Below, piece after piece: positions 1 through 9,132 of a stretch of DNA of 64,000 nt. A program made the position numbers and the translations under genes. The first letter of the stretch is position 1. Each line of letters opens with the position of its first letter. Origin of the DNA: the human T2T-CHM13v2.0 reference genome, Homo sapiens; assembly GCF_009914755.1 (NCBI RefSeq), contig NC_060927.1; one strand, given 5' to 3'. The notes under the pieces were generated by a model. It ran no database searches. It was given only the letters and a program-made list of their open reading frames with translations, and was not told the DNA's origin.

Positions 1-80
1 GGATATGCATTTCCATTATTTTAAAATGTTTTTGCCTGTGTCCACCACAGAAAAGGAGGAACTAGATGACCCCAACATAG
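1..80 (+). pseudogene. MARK/SMOK-like kinase pseudogene copy 0 (extreme C-terminal tail only; the rest lies left of the window)
   Basis: Aligns with 2188-2266 and 7308-7387. Reads IILKCFCLCPPQKRRN*MTPT* with the terminal TAG at 78-80. Confidence 0.85.
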
Positions 81-180
81 TTGCATGGCTGAAGACAAAA
101 ATCAAGTAGGTAGGGTCAGTATTGTGAGCATAGTCACTACACTTAGAGTAGTTTTATAGTCAGTGTAGAGCGGTGGTACC

Positions 181-2266
181 AGGGAGCAGGGATCTGCCTC
201 CACTCCACCTGACCAGGAGCTCCAGAATTGTAAAATCCTGGACACCATCGGCTGTGGCACGTTCAGTGAGGTCAAACTGACTCCTCACGTGCTGACTGGG
301 ACCCAGGTGGCCATCGAAATCATACCTAAGGCTGGCTCCCCCGGCATCACTCTCTAGAGAGAGAGAGAAGTATTTTGAAGTCTCTCTGCCACTTCAGTAT
401 TGTACAATGATATCAACTGATTGACACCTCCATCATGAGTTATTTATTTAGTAACAGAGTGTGCAAGAGGAGAAGACCTGCACAACCGATACACCACCGC
501 GGCCTCATGAGGGAGGAGAAGGCCTGGACCGTGTTCAGGCCGATTCTGTTGGCCATGTAGTACAGCCATAGCAAATAAATTTCACACAGAGAGAGACCTG
601 AACCTGGAAATTATTGTCCTTGATGAGGACGGTAACATTAAGATCGCAGACTTCAGCTTCCGTACCACATTCCATGAGAAACAGAAGCTGATAGCCCTTT
701 GTGGCACCTACCCCTGCATGGCCCTGGAACTCTTCCTGGGCCAGGGCTACCAGTGCCCTGCCATGAATGTTTGGAGCCTCGGAGTAATGTTATATCACAT
801 GGTGGGTGAAGTTCTGCCCTTCTGCTCATGCAGTGTTAGGGTCTTCACGGGAAAAATTTAAAATGGAAGATGATTTTCCCCAGTATACTTTTCCCGAGGT
901 CTCAAAAGCCTCAATAATAAACTATTAAGAGTAGACCCCAGGGAGCAGACAGCACTAGAAGAAGTGATGAGGGGCCCATGGGTGAACAATTGCCTCTGAC
1001 AACATATGAAGATCAAATTCTGGACCACTTAAACCCCAAAACAACCCAGCTGTTTGTGGCCATGGGATTCCAGGCTGAGAACCTATCCATGGCAATCAAA
1101 GAATTATTCAATTTTCCCATGGCCTCCCACATTATTTTGGAAGAAACAAAATGAAAGAAGCAGTTTACTGTCAGACCACAGTCCCTTCCTTTTGGGGTTC
1201 CCAACTGTTTTTCCCTATCCGTTGAAGTTTCCACCTTTTTTCTCCCACTGAAGTGGACTCATAGCATTCAGCAGAAGAGCCCCTTTCTGGCCAGTGCACC
1301 TGCCGGCCTGCAGAGAAAGCCAGAGAGCTTCAATCAAGCCCCCCAGTGTGATCCTGTGGCCTCTCTCTCCACCCAGAGCATCAGCAGCAGTAGTGGAGAC
1401 CCAGAAATATCCCTGGCTCAACAAGCCACCCAGCATGACCCCATGGCCACCCAGAGTACCGCAGCAGTGGTGGAGTCCCAGAAATGTCCCTGGCTCAACA
1501 AGCCCTTCAGCGTGACCCTGTGGCCTCCCCCTCCACCCAGAGCAACAGCAGCAGTGGTGGAGTCCCAGAAACGTCGCTGGCTCAACAAGCTCCCTAGCAT
1601 AACCCTGTGGCCTTTCCTTCCATCCAGAGCACCAGCAGCAGTAGTTCAGAATCAAAAACCTCCCTGGCTCTCCAATCCTTCCAGTATGACACTCTGGTCT
1701 CCTTCTCTATCCAGTGCACCAGCAGCAGTGGTGGAGAGCCAGAAACCTTCCTGGCTCACCAAGCCTCCCAGCGTGACCCTGTGGCCTCCCGCTCCACCCA
1801 GAGCACCAGCAGCAGTGGCGGTGATGCAGAAACATCCTTGGCTCAGCAAGCCTTCCCCGTGACTCTGTGGCTTCCCCCTCCACCCTGAGCACCAGCAGCA
1901 GCAGTGGTGTTCCGTAACAAGGCTCCAGCATGACCCTGTGGCTTCACCCTCTACCCAGAGCACCAGCAGCAGTTGTGCAGACCCAGAAACATCTCTGGCT
2001 AAACAAGCCCCCCAGCATGACCCTGTGGCCTCCCCCTTCACCCAGAGCACCAGCAGCAGTGGTAGAGACACAGAAACGTTTCTGCCTCAACAACCATTGC
2101 AGAAAGCCAGTGTCTTCCAAGCTGGGCAGCCGAGGCTATGACGTCATCCAAGCCAGCAAGAAGCTGGTGCTGCTGCAGAGCTGCCAGGATATGCCTTTTC
2201 ATTCAGTTAAAACGTTTTTGCCTGTGTCCAGCAAAGAAAAGGAGGAATAAGATTGACCCAACATAG
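181..2266 (+). pseudogene. Full-length intronless MARK/AMPK-related (sperm motility kinase-like, MARK2P-type) kinase pseudogene, copy 1
   Basis: Manual translation across frameshifts gives DTIGCGTFSEVKL (G-loop), VAIEII, HR..DLNLEIIVLDEDGNIKIADFS, CGTYPCMALELFLG, NVWSLGVMLYHMV..LPF and VDPRE..PWVN, then a UBA-like TTQLFVAMGFQ..PMASHIIL, colinear with the MARK kinase+UBA domains. Several in-frame stops (e.g. TAG 355-357) and frameshifts; no introns within the ORF. Terminal TAG at 2264-2266. Confidence 0.93.
1336..2091 (+). repeat. Tandem repeat, 9 units of ~87 nt, in the kinase C-terminal tail
   Basis: Units start at about 1336, 1423, 1500, 1587, 1674, 1761, 1848, 1919 and 2005. Consensus aagccccccagcatgaccctgtggcctccccctccacccagagcaccagcagcagtggtggagacccagaaac..cctggctcaac. 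Confidence 0.95.
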
Positions 2267-2349
2267 TTGCATGACTGAAGACAAAAATCAAGTAGGTGGG
2301 GCGGTCAGGCCACACTTCTTGCATTTTACTATATTTATTCTGTCTTTAT

Positions 2350-2725
2350 TAGCATTATTTTAATTGGAAAATCATGCTTGTATTCATTCATGGGGTACAA
2401 TGTGAGGATTCGATAGATATGTGCACCGTGGAATGAGGAAATCCCGCTACTTAGCATCTCCACCACCTCAGAGAGACCAATTCCACATGATGTCCCGGAA
2501 GTGTTGATCTAAAAACGTCGACCCCATAGAAGTAGCAAGTAGATCGATGGTGACCAGGGGTCAGAGAGTGGCAGAGGGAGGGAATGGGGGGTTGTCAGTC
2601 AAAGGACCAAAGTCTGGACAGGAGGAAGAGGTTTTGACATCTAGTGCACAGCAGGGTGACCAGATCAATGAGAATGTATTGCATTTTGCAAAACACCTGA
2701 GAGAGTCCATGTCAAATGTCTCCCT
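2350..2725. mobile_element. Two L1MA 3'-UTR fragments (minus ~2350-2470, plus ~2475-2725)
   Basis: taattg..atggggtacaatgtga..gtggaatga..ccaccacctca and tagaagtag..ggtgaccagggg..gtcaaagg..tgcacagcagggtgac resemble the L1MA 3' end as recalled. Confidence 0.7.
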
Positions 2726-2895
2726 GCATTTAGATTGGAGAGGACGAAGGCCCTGAGGTCCAAGAACATTGAAACCTGACAGTGGACGTCAATGGCTGCA
2801 GGGAGGAGCCTGGCGAGACGCCCATGCTGCCACGTGCCCAGCAACGTTGGAGCCTGTAGCACTTCTCCCCTGCCCTGCTCTATTTTATCTTTTTT

Positions 2896-2901
2896 AATAA
2901 A
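2896..2901 (+). terminator. Candidate polyadenylation signal AATAAA of kinase copy 1
   Basis: AATAAA preceded by a U-rich tract and conserved at the paralogous position 8011-8016. Confidence 0.5.
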
Positions 2902-5900
2902 GATGGCTCCTGATAAATGACTATCTCTTCCAAATCTTGTAGCAGCATCGGAAAGGTGGCAGGTGGGTCACAGACACTCTACTGCTTTGCGCCCTCCCTG
3001 CGCAGAACGGGGGCTGTGCACGCCCTAGTTTAGGCGGCATGCAGTCATGTGGTTCTCGCTGTTACTCAGAAAAACTGAAAGGAAACGAAACCTCAGAGAA
3101 GAATCGGGGTGACCCCACCCACAGCAAATCATTATTAGTGGCTCTGAAGGGCTGAGGCTCTGAGTGCGTGCAGAGTCCCACATATTGCGCATGGCCTCTC
3201 CACACTCACACTGCCTGGTGAGCATTTTCAGAACGACCAGCAGCCCCTTCAGGTCCCGTCTGCCTGTGTTAATCCTTCTGAGAGGTTCCCAGGAGGATCC
3301 CGAAGCCCTGGGAACCGGGCTGTGCTGGGGTCAGTGGCGGGGTGTGGTCCCCAAAGCACCTTAAGGGGCCACTTGTGCTGCTGGGCTCCTGGCTGTCTAG
3401 TGTGGCATTTGCCTTTCTGCTGCGATGGTTTCCCCTTTTGCTAAAAGTGGCACGGAGCCTTCCCCCTCAGAGGTCTGATGGAGGAGTGAGCCTTCATCCA
3501 GGCCCAGGTTGTAGGGGTGCTTCTAGGCAAGGCAGGTGTCCTGTGGGTCAGAAGAGGGTTGACGGCAAGACACAGGAGCAGCCCCGAGGGATGGAGGGGG
3601 TGGTGGGAATGAGGCCTTTCATAAGGCAGGTTCCAGCTTCCCAGGAACCTGGTGTTTCCGTGTCAGGCAGTGAATCTATGGGTGCAGATGCCCCATCAAC
3701 ACCCATCAGGGAGCTGCCTTGTGGGTTCCTAAGGACCCTGAGGAAGGTCCAGAAGGCACCACCCTTGTGCATGGCCGGCATCTCAGTGTGCCCAGCCTTG
3801 AGCATGCGGTGATCCTGCCCACTGTTGAGTCAGGTAAGATTCTCCTTCTCCAATAAAGAGCAGGACCAGGAAGCAAGAAGCAGGCTCAGGAGAGGGTGGG
3901 AGTGTTATAGGGCTCCTTGTCTCCCCAGTGAGCTGCTGTCCTTTAAATCCACATTGGGGGTGAAGGTCCCTCAGGTGTCAACACTGAATCTCCCTCCACC
4001 CAATGCCAATTTGTACCCCCAGAAAGCGGGCCACTGTGGATTCTGCTTGAGCTCCCCAAGGGCCCATCAGAGTCTGTCCCTCCACCTTGCTGCTGTGCCC
4101 CCTCTGGAAGTGCTGTCCTGTGAGAGGGCACCTTCCCCAGGCCCGGCTTTTACTATCATTGGACAAGGCCAGAATTCTTTCTGGCTGTGACCTGTGGTAG
4201 AGCTTGACATCTCCTCTTCAGAAGCCAGGGCTTCCAGCCCATAGAGCTGGGCTGCATCAAGGGACTATAGGGAAGGGGCTCCAGGCACCAGGGCAAAAAC
4301 CCACAAAGAGAGAAACTCCTTTCAAGTGTCCACCTGGGCCAGCATGCAGGCCGGGCAACCTTGGCTTGTTCATCTCCCTTTGCTGCCAGCAGCCTCCATA
4401 TGGCAGACATTCTTCTCCTGGGGGGCTGACAGCCATGGAGGGTGGGGAGCAGGCCTGAGCAGGGCGGGTTCCCGAAAGACAGCCCAGAAAGCAGGGTCAG
4501 ATAGTGGGGGGTGGGTTCAGCTCCACTGTCCAGGTGAGGAAACTGAGGCTGAAGAGAGATCAGGTAGCATCCCCAATGAAATCTGGCCAGGAACAGATGG
4601 CAAAGATTTGCTGTTTACCCCGCCCCAGGCTGCCCCGCACCCACCCAGCCACTTCCCAGTACTCTGCTTTGTCCCCATTCTCGGGTTCTGAAGTCATCCT
4701 GTTTTACACCCATAAGGAACAGGGACCTTGCCTCCCTGGCAGCCACACATCTCTGGCACCCAGGAGGCCCTCAGTCAATATTTGTGCAATCAGTGAGACC
4801 CTGGGATTCAAGCCCGAGGTGTGTCTGCAGAGCATTGGAAATGCAGCCCTGAGTCCGTCCCCAAGGTCGCCTGATAGAGCAGGCCTGGGGACCGGCAGGG
4901 GAAGCGGATGCCTACCGTGACTCTCGGGAAGACTGGTGGGACTGTCACTAAGCTTATTTGCCTGTCCAATCTTGGGGATCCTGAGCCCCCTACTGGGCAA
5001 GCTCGTAGGGGTTCGGCTCCGCTTACGGGTCTCTGGCTCTGCCTCCCAGTCCCGGCTCCGACTCAGCCCAGCCTGGGTGGGGCCGTTGGCCGTTGGGAGC
5101 AATGCCCCCGCATTGCATCACTGCCATCTGGCCCTGCCCCCATCTCCATGGAGACCTGAGGCCGCTGGACCAGATGTCAGAAGCTGCTCCAGAGCCTGGT
5201 GCATATATATCTTCCATATACTTGCTAGTATCTGTCCCCTTTCCCCCCAGACCTCCTCCTGTGCAACATGGAATGATGAAAATCTAGACAGAGGAATCTC
5301 ACTCCCGGCCTAGCCAGGACTCAGGTTTTGTGAAGGGGTATGAGGCGGGAGGAAAAGCAAACCCCATGAAACCAACACCTAGTCTAGAGCCTGATCAAAG
5401 TGCCACTCAAAGCACGATTCCTCCCTTTACTTTCCTATAACCTGAGAATTCTTCCTGAAAATGGTGGCCCTTGAAAACCATCTAAAAGCATCACGGGGTG
5501 GAGGGGCAAGGGTCCTGAGAGCTGGTCTTGCCATCCCTTGTCCCAGTTTTCTTGAAGCCGAGTTCCAGAGAAGAGGCGGGGCCTGTGGGGCCTTTGGATT
5601 GCACTCCGAGTCCAATTCCCAGTCCAGCAATCCTGCCCTCAGAGGCTCCCTTCATCTGTCCACTTGGCAAAGGAAGGGGCGGGTCGGCCCACGCCCCCTG
5701 TCTGGCTGCAGACGACAACCATCAGAAGGGTGTCTGTGTAGCCGGGGCCCCAGAACCATGTCTGCATGGAAAGGGCCCAAGGAGCTGGAGCCCTGTAGCC
5801 TCAAGAAGAGTGTGAGGGACCCAGCTCCGTTCTGAAACCTAAACTGCATTCTGGCCTGTGCCCTAGAAGGTTGTGAAGGCCTCTAAGTGGGTCCTCCTGC

Positions 5901-5982
5901 TTCCCCATCTTCTGAGGCCCAGGCCTTTCTCAGAGCCTCTGTAGGTCCCACCCCTGGTCCCTTCCCGCCTCAGGCTATGTGA

Positions 5983-6477
5983 CAGTATGACTCCCCACCT
6001 ATTTATTCATTTCTACGGAAAACACTAGTAAAACAATTCCTCAGCCTTGACCCCAGGGAGCATCCCCCACTAAACCAGCTGACGTGGCACCCCTGGGTCA
6101 ATGCTGGCCAGAAGACACTGCTGACACCATACAGAGACCCTGGACACCTATGCCCCCTACAACCCTGGTAATGGTGGCCATGGGATTCCAAGCAGCACAC
6201 ATCTCAGAATCAATATTCTCCCCCACAAAAAATACGTATGTGATTATCCCATGGCCACGTACCTAATCCCGGGGTAGAGAAAAGTACAGAGGAGGAAGCA
6301 TTCCATCATTGGAGCACAGCCCTTCCTCCTGGGGGTCCCACCTGTTCTTCCCCATCTGACAAAGTCTGCCTTCCTTGTGGAACCAAAGAGGGCCCAAAGT
6401 GAGCCAGCTGTTCCCACTTTTAATTTTCAGCTGCCTGAGGAGGGTCAGAAGTGAGGGCAAAAGACCACCATTCCTGC
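5983..6477 (+). pseudogene. Kinase pseudogene copy 2 (internal fragment: end of C-lobe, UBA, start of tail)
   Basis: Reads LVKQFLSLDPREHPPLNQLTWHPWVN, TTLVMVAMGFQAAHISESI, PMATYLI and KRAQSEPA; homologous to 880-1290 and 6620-7077. Confidence 0.88.
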
Positions 6478-7387
6478 TCAGAACTCTTCCTGGGCTGGGG
6501 TACCAGTGCCCTGCCATGGACATATGGGGCCTTGGTGTCATACTCTACCATACAGTGTCTGGGACCCTGCCCTTCTATTCAGGGAACACGATGGACCTTG
6601 AGAATACAATTCTCACAGGAAGCTACCATGCCCCACCATTTTTTCCCCCTTCAACTTGAAAGACTCATTCAAAAGTTACTAACACTAGACCCCAGGGAGT
6701 GGCCCCCACTGAAACAAGTTATGAGGAACTGGTGGGTGAACTGTGGCCAGGAGATGCCACGGACAACATACAAAGAGCCACTACTGGACCACCTGAACCC
6801 CAAACCACCCAGCTCATGGTGGCTATGGGATTCCAGGCCAAGAACATCTCTGTGCCAATCAAAGAAAAAGCGTTTCACTATCCTATGGCCACCTACCTCA
6901 TTTTAGAACAAACAAAAGCAGCAGTCCACCATCAGACCATGGTCCCTTCCTCCTGGGGTTCCCACCTGTCCTTCTCTATCCACTGAACTTTCCACCATCC
7001 CTCTCCCACTGAAGCAGGCTCACAGCGAGCCAGCTTGTCCCATGTTCAGCATTCAGAAGAAGACCACCATTCCTGCCAGTGCACCTGCCGGCCTGCAGAG
7101 GAAGCCAGACAGTCTTAGTAAAGCCCCCCAGCATGACCCTGTGGCTTCCCCCTCCATCCACACCACCAGCAGCAGTGGCAGAGACCCAGAACCTCCCTTG
7201 CCCAGCGACAACCATCGTAGGAAGCCAGCGTTGTCTAAGCTGGGCAGCCCGAGGCTGTGACGTCAGCCTCGCCAACAAGAAGCTGGGGCTGCCGCAGGGC
7301 TGCCAGACGATGCACCTTTCAATTCTGTTAAGATTTTGTTGCACGCGTCCACCGAAGGAAAGGAGTAATAAGATCACCTCAACATAG
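6478..7387 (+). pseudogene. Kinase pseudogene copy 3 (5'-truncated at the APE motif)
   Basis: Reads ELFLG..YQCPAMDIWGLGVILYHTVSGTLPFYSGN, LIQKLLTLDPREWPPLKQVMRNWWVN, TTQLMVAMGFQAKNIS..YPMATYLIL, one repeat unit at ~7121-7207, and ends RFCCTRPPKERSNKITST* (TAG 7385-7387). Frameshifted. Confidence 0.92.
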
Positions 7388-9132
7388 TCGCATGACTGAA
7401 GACAAAAATCGAGTAGGTGGGGAGGTGAAGCCACACTTCTTGTATTTTACTATATTCATTCTGTCTTTATTACTATTATTTTAATTGGCAAATCATGCTT
7501 GTATTTATTCATGGGGTACAATGTGAGGATTAGATAGATGTGTGCACCGTGGAATGAGGAAATCCCGCTACTTAGCATCTCCACCACCTCAGAGAGACCA
7601 ATTCCACCTGATGTCCTGGAAGTGCTGATCTAAAAACGTTGACCCCATAGTAGTAGCAAATAGATGGATGGTGAACAGGGGCCGGAGAGCGGTAGAGGGA
7701 GGGGATGGGGGGTTGTCGGTCAAAGGACCAAAGTCTGGACAGGAGGAAGAGGTTTTGACATCTAGTGCACAGCAGGGTGACCAGAGTCAATGAGAATGTC
7801 TTGCATTTTGCAAAATACCTGAGAGAGTCCATGTCAAATGTCTCCCTGCATTTAGATTGGAGAGGACGAAGGCCCTGAGGTCCAAGAACATTGACAGTGG
7901 ACACCAACGGCTTTGGGGAGGAGCCGGGCGAGATGCCCACGCTGCAGTGTGCCCAGCAAAGTGGGAGTCTGCAGCACTTCTCCCCTGCCCTGCTCTACTT
8001 TATCTTTTTTAATAAAGATGGTTCCTGATAAACGACGGTTTCTTGAAAATCTTGTAGTAGCATTGGAAAGGTGGCAGGTGGGTCACACTCTGCTGCTTTG
8101 CGCCCTCCTTGCCAACGCAGGCTGTGCAAACCCTAGTTTAGGTGGCATGCAGTCATATGATCCTCTCAGTTTCTCAGAAAAACTGAAAGGAAAAGAGACC
8201 TCAGGGAAGTATCAGGATGACCCCACCCACAGCAAATCATTACCAGTGGCTCTGAAGGGCTGAGGCTCTGAGTGGGTGCAGGGCAGAGTCCCACACATTG
8301 CGCATGGCCTCTCCACACTCACACTGCCTGGTGAGCATTTTCAGGAGGACCGATGGCCCCTTCAGGTCCCATCTGCCTGTGTTAATCATGCTAAGAGGTG
8401 CCCATTGGGAACAGGCTCCAGGAACCAGGGCAAAACCCACAGAGAAAGCCCCTTCCAGGGTCCACCCAGGCCGGGCCTCAGGAGCCATGGGGCCCTAGGT
8501 ACAGGCCGGGCAACCTTGGGTCGTTCATCTCCCTCTGCGGCCAGCGGCCTCCTTTTCGGGGGACATTTTCAGGAGGGACTGACAGCCATGGAGACGGGGA
8601 GCAGGCCTGAGCAGGGCAGGCTTCCTAGAGGCAGCCCAGAGAGCAGGGTCCGGGAGTGGGGGGGCTCCAGCTCCACTGTAAAGGTGAGGAAACTGAGGCT
8701 GAAGAGAGATCAGGTAGCATCCCCAATGATATCTGGCCAGGAACAGATGGCAAAGATTCACTGTTTCCACCATCCCAGGCTGCCCCGCGCTCACCCACGT
8801 CCCAGTACTCTGCTTTGTCCCCCTTACCAGGTTCTGAAGTCGTCCTATTTTACACCTGTCACTCCCACTGCAGCAGGGACCTTGCCTCCCTCACAGCCAC
8901 AGAGGCCTCACACCCAGGAGGCCACAAATCAGTTATTTGTGGAATCAGTGAGATGGGATTCAAGCCCTAGGTGTGTCTGCAGAGCATTGGAAGTACAGTA
9001 CTGGGTCCCCAAGGCCACAGGCAGAGGGGTCCTGGGGACCCGCAGGGGCAGTGGACGCCTACTATGAGTTTCCAGAAGGCTGGTGTGACTGTCACTAAGT
9101 TTATTTGCTGGTCCAATTTTTTGGAATCCTGA
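7388..9132 (+). repeat. Tandem segmental duplication, spacer unit B (contains the same L1MA fragments at ~7475-7845 and AATAAA at 8011-8016)
   Basis: Direct alignment to 2267-4984; lacks ~3291-4270. Confidence 0.93.

Larger units (their letters stand above)
2267..4984 (+). repeat. Tandem segmental duplication, spacer unit A (paralogous to 7388-9132)
   Basis: 2267-3290 aligns with 7388-8403 and 4270-4984 aligns with 8410-9132. The stretch 2695-2772 is identical to 7817-7894. Confidence 0.93.

Noticed and set aside
1215-2071. Minus-strand Cys-rich ORFs (HHCCCCSG...)
   Set aside because: Antisense shadows of the cagcagcag-containing repeat; no independent support.
1336-2091. CRISPR-like array
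   Set aside because: Units are contiguous degenerate repeats with no unique spacers, in eukaryotic DNA with no cas genes.
181-2266. Functional kinase CDS or a specific MARK2P gene symbol
   Set aside because: Start codon lost, multiple stops and frameshifts, catalytic lysine lost. The specific pseudogene number cannot be determined without a database.
8276-9067. Longest ORF in the window (263 aa)
   Set aside because: GTG start, no recognisable domain, and the paralogous spacer A is interrupted by a ~1-kb indel and does not keep the frame.
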